Position numbers and translations under genes: made by a program. Under the pieces are notes generated by a model, which was not told where the DNA came from, searched no databases, and saw only the letters and a program-made list of their open reading frames with translations. From positions 39,033 to 103,032 of the forward strand of contig JBDHQM010000005.1 in the NCBI GenBank assembly GCA_039807095.1: DNA of 64,000 nucleotides, given 5' to 3'. Shown one piece after another: positions 49,951 through 59,388 of this stretch; the first letter of the stretch is position 1; every line of letters starts with the position of its first letter. The stretch is from Kiritimatiellia bacterium. Lineage in GTDB: Bacteria > Verrucomicrobiota > Kiritimatiellia > CAIVKH01.

Positions 49951-51137
49951 TGCCAAAGCTGGGTACCAATCAGTTGTTTCCGCCACCGGGCATCAAACCG
50001 CGCGATCAGATTCTTGTGATGGGCGTGGGCGGTGCTGGCTGCAACAGCGTTGCTAGAATCGCCGCTCAATGGACGGAGGGCCCCTCCGTGGTTGCCGTCA
50101 ACTCCGACGCGCAGGCGCTGTCCTCGTGCGGAGTAGATCGCACATTATTGATCGGCGAAAAAGCCACGCGAAATCTGGGTGCGGCGGGCGATGCGAATGT
50201 CGGGCGCCTCGCCGCTGAAGAAAGCATCGCGGCGCTGCAAGACATGGTGGCCGGTACGGACCTCCTGATCCTTGTCGGCGGGATGGGGCGGGGTACTGCG
50301 ACCGGCGCGATGCCAGTTATTGCGAAAATTGCGCGCGAACTGGGTGTCTTGACGTTGGCCTTTGTGAGCGCGCCCTTTGCATTGGAGGGCGACCGGATTC
50401 GCCGCCAGGCCGATGAGGGGATTCATCAGTTGCGCCGACACGCGGGTGCGGTGATCGTGCAGCCCAATGATCGGCTGTTGAAACTGGCCGCGGCAGATGT
50501 GTCTCTCGAAGAGGCGTTTTCCGTTTCCGATAAAATGGTGGCAGAGGGTATCTATTCGCTCTGGTATCTGCTTTCGCGACCCGGCGTCATCAACATCACA
50601 TTCGCCGACATTCAAGAGCTGGCGGAGCGTTGTGGCGGGATGCTTTCGTATGTCTATGCCGAAGCGCGTGGACCCGCACGGGTGGCGAGCGTGTTGCGAA
50701 ACCTTATGGATAGCCCTCTGCTCGAACACGGGCAACTGCTGTCTGAAGCGCAGGGCGTGCTGGTGAATATTGCAGGCGGCCCCGAGCTGACGATCGCCGA
50801 TATGCAGGGAATTATGAGCACTATTCGCTCCAGTGTACGCGAAAACGCGCACATCAGCATGGGCGCTCTCATTGATCCCGCACACCGCGAACGCATCGCC
50901 ATCACGCTCTTCGCATCGGAGACCTGGCGCGAGGATCAGAAGGAATCGGCGATTGCTCCGCCGTCATCAACGGATTCGCAAGCGGACGACGCTATGCAGA
51001 CAGAGTTGGCGCTCGGCGACCTCAAACCGCAGGATCGCGGACTGTTCGGCGACTCTTCCGCAACGTTTATCAATGGCGAAGACCTCGATATTCCGACGTA
51101 TATCCGCCGCGGCGTGAAGCTATCGTTCGAGCGCTAA
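49950..51137 (+). CDS. ftsZ: Cell division protein FtsZ (divergent)
   Basis: GVGGAGCN, NSDAQAL, PF..EG, C-terminal DLDIPTYIR. Confidence 0.9.
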   Translation: MPKLGTNQLFPPPGIKPRDQILVMGVGGAGCNSVARIAAQWTEGPSVVAVNSDAQALSSCGVDRTLLIGEKATRNLGAAGDANVGRLAAEESIAALQDMVAGTDLLILVGGMGRGTATGAMPVIAKIARELGVLTLAFVSAPFALEGDRIRRQADEGIHQLRRHAGAVIVQPNDRLLKLAAADVSLEEAFSVSDKMVAEGIYSLWYLLSRPGVINITFADIQELAERCGGMLSYVYAEARGPARVASVLRNLMDSPLLEHGQLLSEAQGVLVNIAGGPELTIADMQGIMSTIRSSVRENAHISMGALIDPAHRERIAITLFASETWREDQKESAIAPPSSTDSQADDAMQTELALGDLKPQDRGLFGDSSATFINGEDLDIPTYIRRGVKLSFER

Positions 51138-51154
51138 TCGCAACGCGCAGAAGA

Positions 51155-51805
51155 TCAGTCGGCCCACGAAAAATCGCGCAAGAAGGGATTGCGCACGCGT
51201 TCCTCGCCGATGCTGGTCTCAGGCCCGTGTCCGGAGAATACCCGCGTGGTGTCGGGGAGGGTCAGCAATTGCTTCAGCGAATGCGCCAGAATGCGCGGGT
51301 TGCCGCCCGGTAAATCGGATCGTCCAATAGAGCCGGCAAAGAGGACATCGCCGGAAAACAGAAGCGCCTGCTCCCGGAAATAGAAACTCACGCTGCCGGG
51401 CGAGTGACCGGGTGTTTCAATAATTTCATAGGTGAGCCCGAGATCGGTCCACGTCTGGCCCGCCTTCAAATCGCGGTCAATCGGAACCGAGCGCGGTGGC
51501 TCGTTGAAATAGGGCGGCATCGTGTTTTTGATTCCGAACGCCCACTCCGCATCGAGGCGGTGCATGGCGACAGGAGCAGGGAGCTGTTCCGCAATGTCGG
51601 CTAGCGCACCCACGTGGTCCATGTGACCATGGGTGATGAGATAGAGCGCCACCGTCCAGTCGTGCAGGCGAATGAATTCTGCGATGGACTCCGCGTCACC
51701 CCCGGGATCCACCACAAGGATTGAGTCGGAACCTGCCGGGTGTACGAAGTGGCAGTTGGAGGCGAATGCGCTCACCTCCAGACTGAAGACCTCGACTGGA
51801 TGCAC
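51155..51805 (-). CDS. MBL-fold hydrolase (glyoxalase II-like)
   Basis: THGHMDH, TPGHSPG, GD.LF, GHG. Confidence 0.9.
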   Translation of the reverse strand: MHPVEVFSLEVSAFASNCHFVHPAGSDSILVVDPGGDAESIAEFIRLHDWTVALYLITHGHMDHVGALADIAEQLPAPVAMHRLDAEWAFGIKNTMPPYFNEPPRSVPIDRDLKAGQTWTDLGLTYEIIETPGHSPGSVSFYFREQALLFSGDVLFAGSIGRSDLPGGNPRILAHSLKQLLTLPDTTRVFSGHGPETSIGEERVRNPFLRDFSWAD

Positions 51806-51810
51806 CTCGC

Positions 51811-51975
51811 TCAAAAGAGCGTATAGATGAACGGTGCCACACTGGAGCCGGTGATGATGAACACCGTCAGCAGCAAAAGAACGAGGACGATCGGAATGAT
51901 CCACCAGGCTTTGTTCTGCCAGGCGAATTCGAAAAATTCACCCAGCAACCGGCCGATATATTTGAGTGTGCGCAT
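51811..51975 (-). CDS. DUF5989-like small membrane protein (absent from ORF track)
   Basis: ...NKAWWIIPIVLVLLLL...APFIYTLF. Confidence 0.8.
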   Translation of the reverse strand: MRTLKYIGRLLGEFFEFAWQNKAWWIIPIVLVLLLLTVFIITGSSVAPFIYTLF

Positions 51976-52131
51976 GAGGTCCTCTGTAAAGGGCGCACTT
52001 TAGGGAAGAGAACATAGGTTTTTCAAGGATAACCGGCCGTCTTTTTTCTCCCTCCTCCGGTGCGTGCCGGCCGGAGGGGAAATGCCCACTTGTGCTTGCA
52101 AGTTTTCATCATCGCGGTTTAGGTAGGGCTC

Positions 52132-53214
52132 ATGGAATCGTGGTCCAAAATTAACAGCGTACTCGTTGCCGGAAATGAACCGTGGCGGATATTGGCCCTA
52201 TTCGGTTCGATATTGGTCGGCGCCGTCGTGGGGCTGATGTTGCAAGTCGCGATGACACGCAGTGCAGATCGAATGGCGAAATGGAATCGGGTGGCCTCCA
52301 GCACCGCCCTACGCGCTCTGGCAAAAGTAATGCTGCTGGTCGGCGTGATTGTGGGATTGGAGGTCGGCTCGGCTTTTCTCACGCTCGCCGAGAACACCGG
52401 CGCAATGTTTTCGGTTGTCACCAGCGTGTTGATCGCCCTCACCGCCGGCTATGCGTTCTACAGTCTTGTAGATGTCGTTGATCAATGGCTTATCCGTATC
52501 CTGCGAGGCGATCCGGCAGCGGGCAATGGCGTTGTTCGTCCCGTGGTCCGCGCGACGCTGCGCATCACCATTGTCATGCTGGTGCTGCTGCAGATTGCCC
52601 AGATTCTGACCGATAAACCACTGACATCCATCGTGGCGGGACTCGGCATCGGTGGTTTAGCCATTGCACTTGCCGCGCAGGAAACGATCAAAAACTTCTT
52701 CGGTTCCCTCGTCATCTTTGCAGACAAGCCCTTCCAAATCGGGGAGCGCATCGTCGTGGATACCTCCGATGGCGTCGTGGAGGAAGTGGGGCTCCGCTCG
52801 ACGCGGATCCGCACGCTCGACGGGCACTTAGTCACCATCCCCAACGGCGAACTGGCGAACAAAGCGATCCAGAATATCGGACGCCGCCCGTACATTCGCC
52901 GCGTCTTCAATATCGCGCTCCCGCTCAATACGCCGCCGGACCGCGTCCGGCGCGCAGTTGAAATTGTCACTGAACTCCTCAAAGATCACGACGGAATGCG
53001 CGATGCCCATCCGCCGCGCGTAGTCTTCAACGACATTACCACCGTCGCGTTGAACATCCTCGTGATCTATTGGTTTTATCCCGGTGATTTCTGGCTCTTC
53101 CAGGCCTTCAATCAGCGTTTCAATCTCGCGCTCCTCGAGCGCTTCGAGGCCGAAGGCATCCGCTTCGCCCTCCCGGCTCAGACAATCCATCTCGCGGACA
53201 AGACGAGCGTATAG
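52132..53214 (+). CDS. MscS-family mechanosensitive channel
   Basis: GIGGLAIALAAQ, KPFQIG, GLRSTRIRT, IPN. Confidence 0.92.
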   Translation: MESWSKINSVLVAGNEPWRILALFGSILVGAVVGLMLQVAMTRSADRMAKWNRVASSTALRALAKVMLLVGVIVGLEVGSAFLTLAENTGAMFSVVTSVLIALTAGYAFYSLVDVVDQWLIRILRGDPAAGNGVVRPVVRATLRITIVMLVLLQIAQILTDKPLTSIVAGLGIGGLAIALAAQETIKNFFGSLVIFADKPFQIGERIVVDTSDGVVEEVGLRSTRIRTLDGHLVTIPNGELANKAIQNIGRRPYIRRVFNIALPLNTPPDRVRRAVEIVTELLKDHDGMRDAHPPRVVFNDITTVALNILVIYWFYPGDFWLFQAFNQRFNLALLERFEAEGIRFALPAQTIHLADKTSV

Positions 53215-53254
53215 ACCGCAGCGCGCGCCGCGCTTTGCAATTCTTTCAAGGGAC

Positions 53255-53850
53255 GGAACGCCGATCTCCCGATCGGCATCTTCTCCTCTGCGCCATCTTT
53301 CGGCTCTGGGATCGGAATCAAACAGAAGAGCGCAAAGAGGAAGCAAAGTTGATGAAGGTTGCGGCCGTCGTTTCGGATGTTCCGAATGCGCGTCCACGGA
53401 GTGGTCGTGCCCTGGGAACGCCGATCTCCCGATCGGCATCTTCGCCTCTGCACCATCTTTCGGCTCTGAGATCGGAATCAAACAGAAGGGCACAAAGAGC
53501 GCAAAGGGGAAGCAGAGTTGATGAGGATTGCGGCCGTCGTTTCGGATGTTCCGAATGCGCGTCCACGGAGTGGTCGCGCCCTGGGAACGCCGATCTCCCG
53601 ATCGGCATCTTCTCCTCTGCGCCCTCTTTCGGCTCTGAGATCGGAATCAAACAGAAGAGCGCAAAGAGGAAGCAAAGTTGATGAAGGTTGCGGCCGTCGT
53701 TTCGGATGTTCCGAGTTACTTCCGGCCTGCGCGTCCACGGAGTGGTCGCGCCACCATTGCAGAACTCAGCGGAGGTGGCCCGCGCACTCCGCTGCGCGGG
53801 CATACACGTCCACGGAGTGGCCGTGCCACCCTTGATCGGCATGGCGGGAC
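53255..53850. repeat. Tandem composite REP-like array (3 units of 160-169 bp plus tail)
   Basis: GGAACGCCGATCTCCCGATCGGC at 53255, 53415, 53584. Confidence 0.9.
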
Positions 53851-53962
53851 TTTTTGAGAGAGGATCAATTTCCGTCAGCAGAGTGGCCTGCCTCTCCAGC
53901 ACGACGCGATTTTCATTAATTGTTTTTCAGGGGCTGTCTCTCATGCAAAGCCTTCATGCGTA

Positions 53963-54634
53963 TCATCCGAACTCAAGTCCGGTCGCTTGAGCAGGAAAGC
54001 GGAATTGTTCCAGATAGCGGAGCGGAATTTTTGAAGACTTCATCCGGTCGAGGCGCAAGATAAAGAGCGAGTCGGGCCAATGCGGCTCGCCGCCCAGTCC
54101 AATGGCGATATAAACCGGAACCTTCTCGCGCTCCTCATACGCGCGGTAATTCCGGAGTTGCCGGGGTTCGGCCCATTGAAGTTCCGGCCCGGATGTTTTC
54201 GAGCGAAATTTGCACTCGATCGCAAAGCGATCGCCGCTGGCGGTATGCTCCATAACGAGATCCGGCCACTGGCTGGAAACGGGCCCGCCCCAGTCGTCAA
54301 TATACTTGTCGCTGCGCCATTCGATCAGGCGATACGCCTTTTTATCAAACCGTGTAATGACGTACTTCTCAAACGCCTCGCCTTTTTCGGCGGGGGAGAG
54401 TGCGCCGGCGATCCCCTTGAGAAATGCGAGCAGCGCTTTTCGCTCCGCAGATGTCACAACACCGTCTGCACAAATCGCATCAATCAAATTCCGCAGATCG
54501 CGCAACGGTCCGGCAGCCGGAATCTCCTGCCGCTGCAGCCATTGATGGAGCATGATGATCTCGTCATTGCTTGCAGTCTGTCCGTACGCAACACTGCGCG
54601 CCATTTCTCTCAACTCTTCATTCATTTTGCTCAT
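53963..54634 (-). CDS. Putative PD-(D/E)XK nuclease with TerB-like N-terminus
   Basis: ADGVVTSAER; WPDL...AIECKFR. Confidence 0.55.
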   Translation of the reverse strand: MSKMNEELREMARSVAYGQTASNDEIIMLHQWLQRQEIPAAGPLRDLRNLIDAICADGVVTSAERKALLAFLKGIAGALSPAEKGEAFEKYVITRFDKKAYRLIEWRSDKYIDDWGGPVSSQWPDLVMEHTASGDRFAIECKFRSKTSGPELQWAEPRQLRNYRAYEEREKVPVYIAIGLGGEPHWPDSLFILRLDRMKSSKIPLRYLEQFRFPAQATGLEFG

Positions 54635-54719
54635 GCACCGCTGTAGAACATTGCTATCCGACCCTGATTATGTGTGCCGCTTGAGCACATCACGCCGAGC
54701 CCTAAGCGGCCTTGTGGAA

Positions 54720-55157
54720 TCATTCTATTTTGATTCGATTGAGGCCGTTGATTTCGAACTCATCGGCGTACGAGTCCTCTACTTTGCCATAGAGTGTAAC
54801 TCTTTCTTTTCCGGTCATCTGAGCCAGCTCCTCTTCCGAATGCCTTCGGAGTATATCGCGGGCTGCGAGCTTCGATATGAGTTCATTCCAGAAGGTCGCT
54901 TCGTCATAGTCCTCAATGCAGCCTCGAAGTGTATCGGCCTCATCAAATGCCGTGGTAAGCACATATTCATCGAGCTCCTCAACGTATTCGACCCAATCTT
55001 CACACCCGAATTCGCCGGCTGAGCTCATTATCTTCTGTTCAAGATCGCGATAGGAATCCTTCGTGCGGTCTGCCTTGTGTGCGTGGAGCATCCAGTCGGC
55101 AAGGAATATAATCTCAAGAAGAATGCGATATTCCCGCTTGGTGAAATTGATTTTCAT
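54720..55157 (-). CDS. Acidic hypothetical protein
   Basis: RBS AGGAG; 145 aa ORF. Confidence 0.65.
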   Translation of the reverse strand: MKINFTKREYRILLEIIFLADWMLHAHKADRTKDSYRDLEQKIMSSAGEFGCEDWVEYVEELDEYVLTTAFDEADTLRGCIEDYDEATFWNELISKLAARDILRRHSEEELAQMTGKERVTLYGKVEDSYADEFEINGLNRIKIE

Positions 55158-55276
55158 AGTTGATCTCCTAGGCCCAACATTGTGCCACGCCAGACGCGAA
55201 TTCGCTACAGGTGAGCGATGCCGTGGAGACGAAGCCAGAATTGTTGTTCAAGGGTTGCCCTTTGTGGTTCTCGCTT

Positions 55277-56062
55277 TTATTTTCCCGCCATCCATTCCCC
55301 CGCAATAATGGTCAAGAGATGAATCAGTGCGGTATTCCCGGCATTCTCTCCCTTTTCAAAATCATTCTCTGCTACGGCCATGCGGTTGGTGACGTGGGCA
55401 AAGCAAATCACGTCTTTGTCCCGTGCCTCTGCGAATGCGTATAGCGCCGCCGCTTCCATTTCCACAGCGAGAAGGTTCAGGGTTTTCGCATACGCAATAG
55501 CTTCCACAGTCTCGCGATAGGGCGCATCGGTGGTCCATGTGGCACCTCGAATAACTCCCGTTTGAGCTGAAATGCGGTCGGTCAGTGCGTCAAGTTTGGA
55601 ACGCCTGAACGCGTACGCGGACGGCGGCAGATAGTGATAACTCGTTCCTTCATCGCGCAGGGACTTGTCTATCAGAACGAAATAAGGTGGCTCCTTCGCT
55701 TCAATAAGCTGTCCGGACGAAGTCACGCTAATGAGAAGCTCGCAGCCCGACACAAAAAGCTGTTCCGCGATAAGAACCGCGAAGGATGCCCCGACCGCGC
55801 AACCAATGACACCAATCGTCGCGGTTGGAAGATCGAGTTCATACATCTCCGTGTGATAACAGGCCCACCCATCATGCTTTCTTGCGCCTGTGCGCTGCAA
55901 ATGGCGCGATAAGTCGCCATCCGGGTCCAGCAGGCAAATAGGCGGAACATTACGGGCAGGCAGCGATTTTTGCCGCCGGGCTTCCCGGATCAATGCTGAC
56001 GGTTCAAATAGCGACGGCGATCCATAATGCTTGTGCGATAATAGTGGGGCATCGTCTGGCAT
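55277..56062 (-). CDS. Nucleoside phosphorylase family protein
   Basis: RDEGTSYHY, WTTDAPYRET, VEMEAA. Confidence 0.85.
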   Translation of the reverse strand: MPDDAPLLSHKHYGSPSLFEPSALIREARRQKSLPARNVPPICLLDPDGDLSRHLQRTGARKHDGWACYHTEMYELDLPTATIGVIGCAVGASFAVLIAEQLFVSGCELLISVTSSGQLIEAKEPPYFVLIDKSLRDEGTSYHYLPPSAYAFRRSKLDALTDRISAQTGVIRGATWTTDAPYRETVEAIAYAKTLNLLAVEMEAAALYAFAEARDKDVICFAHVTNRMAVAENDFEKGENAGNTALIHLLTIIAGEWMAGK

Positions 56063-56318
56063 GTGTTTCTCGCCTCTGGCTGAATGTTCATCTTGAACGT
56101 TAGTGAACACGGCGGGGTGGATAATGTGTTCCGAGTCGCATCAGTCCAAATTCAACTAATCCGATAATTCAACGAAACCTTCCCGCCAAGCACATACTTG
56201 TGCCTGAAGGGAAATCGGACAGATCTGTCGGATCGGACGGATCAGGATGTGGGCTGGGGGAGGGCAATTTCGGGTCGTTATGTTCGTGGAATGGATTCGC
56301 CGGGCGTTTTGCAGCGGA

Positions 56319-58640
56319 TTATCGCGGGAGGCCGGTGATGAGGCGGGATTGGGTAGGCCAGCCTTTGAGGGGGAGGGTGAGGTCTATGCGGAAGTAGCCG
56401 CGGCCCTGATGATAGGCCCAGTCTTCGCTGCGGACGGAGTACGATTTGGAGCCGAAGAGGACGAAGGCGTTGGGGGCGCTGCCGATGAAGGGGGCGTCGG
56501 GGGTGCCGCGGAGTAGGTCGGGGTTGGGTACGGGTTTCCATTCCGTCTTGTCGCCTTCGAGGGCGTTCCACGCGCCTGCGGTGCGGCGCGCGCGTTTCGT
56601 GCCGAGGCCGGAGCCCGCGAAGCCGGTGTGGGTGCGCAGTCCAATCTGAACCCACGGTTCCTGGCGGATCATCGTGGCGTCGGAGGCGAGGACGAGTGGG
56701 CCGTCGCTTAGTTCCGCGCCGACGACTTTCCAGGCGAGCGGGTGGTCCGTGCCCGCCACAAACTGACCGTTGAGGAAGAGTTGCGCCTGCGCGTTGGCGT
56801 TCAGGCCGACGAGGGCGCGATTGGGTTGCGCGTAAAACCAGTCGAGGAGGCGCGCCTGCTCTGCAGCTTCGGGTCCGTGTTCGCCGTCGAGGAAGGGTTT
56901 CATTTCCGCTTCGCCAATGGCTTCGCCGAGGAGTCGGCGATATTCAAGCGCGCGGAGTTTATAGACGCCGAGATCGGGGGCCTCGGGGAAGCGTTCACCG
57001 TATTCGGCGATGAGATCAATCGCGCGCTGGAAGTTGTTCATACGCTCGAGTTCGGTGAGTTGCAGCATCAAGTCCTGCCAGTCGAAGCGATTTTCGACGG
57101 CGCGCCGGTCGTCGCGATTGGCGGGGACGGGCTGAACAGTCGTCGGCGCGTCGAGGTAGGCAAAGGCAGTGCTTTGGAACCAGGCGTGGCTTACGTTGCG
57201 GTCGCCGCGTTCAATCGCGATTCGCAACGAGCGGTTGAATGCAACGGGGTCCACGAGTTGCAGACGATATTGTGCGGTGCGGAAGGGGACGCGGTCGAAG
57301 ATGCCGTGCAGGGCGGAGAATGCGGCGCTGCGGTAGTACCAGCCGCCGTTGAAATAGTCCTCCAGTCCGGTACCGCGCCAGGAGGATTGCGTTTCGTCGT
57401 CCACCCAGATTTGTTCGTCGCCTTCGAGGAGCCACCACGAGTTGTCCTGTTGGGTGACGCCTTTGCCGGTCACGCCGAGAAAGGCGCCGGCGAAGAGGCC
57501 GCGTCCGGTGAAGCTGGCGATGATGTGCGGCGTGCCTGCGTCGGGTCCGCTGCGCCGCCATTCGGCGTGGAAATAGCGCGGTTTCTCTATGGTGAGCGGT
57601 TGCGGTGCGCCGTAGAAGATTGCGCTGATCGGGCGGTCGCTTCCGTTTAAGAGGCTGATGGTGGCGGATTTTGCAAAGGCGAGCGGGAAGCCGCTTCGAA
57701 ATGCGGTGGGCCCTGCGCCGAGGAGCAGGGAGCTGTAATCGCGATGCCGCCACGCGTTGCCGAAGAAGTCGCCGAGCGGCACTTCGACGCTGGGCTGCTC
57801 GCGGCCGTCGTAGCGGATGCGAATGACGACGTCCTGTAGCATCCATTCTTTTTCGATGCGCGACCACGCGGCAGGATCAGCGGGCTGCACGTCGAGAAAC
57901 CACTCGGGCAGGATTCCGGGCTCTGCGGATTGCCAGACCGGTGTTTCTGCGCCCGCCGCGATTTCCGTTGCGTGGGTGGGCGCGGCAGGCATTTGCGGCC
58001 ACTCCACAGCGGCGGTCCACGCGTCGCCGACAACGGCGAGTTTTGCTTCGTCCTCCGAACTCAGCGTGGCAGGGAAGGTCTGGACGCGCGTTCCTTCGGG
58101 TAGTTTCTCGTCGTTGATTTGGAAAAAGAAGCGGCGCGGACCCCAGTACGGATGGGTCGGCGGCGCTTTGGCTTCGATGCGGAGCGAGCGTTGGTAGGTG
58201 AGCGGGACATAGCTGAACCAGCAGAGGTTCATGTAGCGCGCGAGCGGCGGCGTGAACGGGTCGCGTTCGCCGAAGAGTTCGTCAATGGTGCCTTCTACGC
58301 GCGGTTTCTTTTCGCCGTCGAAATAGAAGCGGAACGGATGCCCGGGATCTACGCCCGTTGTCCAGAAGCGACGCACCACGCCCGGCCCTTTCAGGTCGGC
58401 GAGAGTCACCCAACCCGCTTCGCTGCCGGGACCTTTGAATTGATTGAAGTCATCGTTGCCGCCGGTGGGGTCTGCGGTGGAGATCAGTGTTGTGCCGCCG
58501 GTGTTTTGTTCGACGAGGCGCAGGGTGTTTGTCAGGTCGGAGAGAAAATCGCGCCAGGGGCGTTCGGGGCCCTTCGACTGCGGGGCGCAGGCGGAGAGCA
58601 GAATGGCGAGGAGAAGGCTTGGGATATGTTTTCCAGGCAT
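56319..58640 (-). CDS. DUF2961/GH172-like glycoside hydrolase lipoprotein
   Basis: GPG.V.RFW, VPLGDFFG, EGDE, GTGLEDYFNGGW. Confidence 0.8.
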   Translation of the reverse strand: MPGKHIPSLLLAILLSACAPQSKGPERPWRDFLSDLTNTLRLVEQNTGGTTLISTADPTGGNDDFNQFKGPGSEAGWVTLADLKGPGVVRRFWTTGVDPGHPFRFYFDGEKKPRVEGTIDELFGERDPFTPPLARYMNLCWFSYVPLTYQRSLRIEAKAPPTHPYWGPRRFFFQINDEKLPEGTRVQTFPATLSSEDEAKLAVVGDAWTAAVEWPQMPAAPTHATEIAAGAETPVWQSAEPGILPEWFLDVQPADPAAWSRIEKEWMLQDVVIRIRYDGREQPSVEVPLGDFFGNAWRHRDYSSLLLGAGPTAFRSGFPLAFAKSATISLLNGSDRPISAIFYGAPQPLTIEKPRYFHAEWRRSGPDAGTPHIIASFTGRGLFAGAFLGVTGKGVTQQDNSWWLLEGDEQIWVDDETQSSWRGTGLEDYFNGGWYYRSAAFSALHGIFDRVPFRTAQYRLQLVDPVAFNRSLRIAIERGDRNVSHAWFQSTAFAYLDAPTTVQPVPANRDDRRAVENRFDWQDLMLQLTELERMNNFQRAIDLIAEYGERFPEAPDLGVYKLRALEYRRLLGEAIGEAEMKPFLDGEHGPEAAEQARLLDWFYAQPNRALVGLNANAQAQLFLNGQFVAGTDHPLAWKVVGAELSDGPLVLASDATMIRQEPWVQIGLRTHTGFAGSGLGTKRARRTAGAWNALEGDKTEWKPVPNPDLLRGTPDAPFIGSAPNAFVLFGSKSYSVRSEDWAYHQGRGYFRIDLTLPLKGWPTQSRLITGLPR

Positions 58641-58662
58641 TGGAAGCTCCTTCATCACAAAG

Positions 58663-59388
58663 TTACAGACGTTGGAAAAAATCGGGATGTTCGTTTAACC
58701 AGCGGGTCATATTTTCGATGCCCTCCGGTGTGCCCATATCGAGAAGGGGCTGCGGAGTTTGATGCGCGCGCAGCGCGCCGGTTTTTGCGAGTGCGGGAAA
58801 TACTTCGGTTTCGAGTGAGACGGCCGTGTCGGCGGGCCAGGGGGCGAGGGCGCTTCGGCGGAGGCGATAGACGCCGCCGTTAACCCATCCGGCGGGGCGG
58901 TCGGCTTTTTCGAGGAAGGCGGTGATGGTGTGTTGTGCGTCGAACTCCACTGTGCCGTAGCGGCCCGGTGCCTCGATACGCGTGATGGCGAGCTCGCCTG
59001 CGACATCCGGTGCGAGCGGTTGCGCGAGCCAGTCGCAGAGATCGAGATTCGGCAGAAAACTGTCGCCGTTGAGGACGAGGAGTTCAGCGTCGGCCACGTG
59101 TTGCAGCGCGTAGAGGAGTCCGCCGCCGGTGCCGAGCGGTTTCGGCTCCTGCGAGGCGGTGAGGAGCGGATTGTTTTGTTCGTTGATCCAATTCACGATC
59201 ATCCCCGCTAGGTGCCCGGCAGCGAGATGCGCGCGCGCGATTCCGTGCGCGCGGAGCCAATCGAGCATCCACGCCATGAACGGGCGTCCGCTGACCGGTA
59301 CGAGCGCTTTGGGGCGGTCGGGATAGAGCGCGCGCAGACGGGTACCGAGTCCGCCGACGAGGATGATGGCTGTCGGCGAATTCGTCAT
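58663..59388 (-). CDS. Sugar-1-phosphate nucleotidyltransferase (HddC-like)
   Basis: GGLGTRLR, PK, PLGTGG, NGDS, DMGTPE. Confidence 0.85.
   Translation of the reverse strand: MTNSPTAIILVGGLGTRLRALYPDRPKALVPVSGRPFMAWMLDWLRAHGIARAHLAAGHLAGMIVNWINEQNNPLLTASQEPKPLGTGGGLLYALQHVADAELLVLNGDSFLPNLDLCDWLAQPLAPDVAGELAITRIEAPGRYGTVEFDAQHTITAFLEKADRPAGWVNGGVYRLRRSALAPWPADTAVSLETEVFPALAKTGALRAHQTPQPLLDMGTPEGIENMTRWLNEHPDFFQRL

Noticed and set aside
53255-53850. CRISPR array or coding ORFs
   Set aside because: Whole 160-169 bp units repeat; the ORFs are translations of the repeats.
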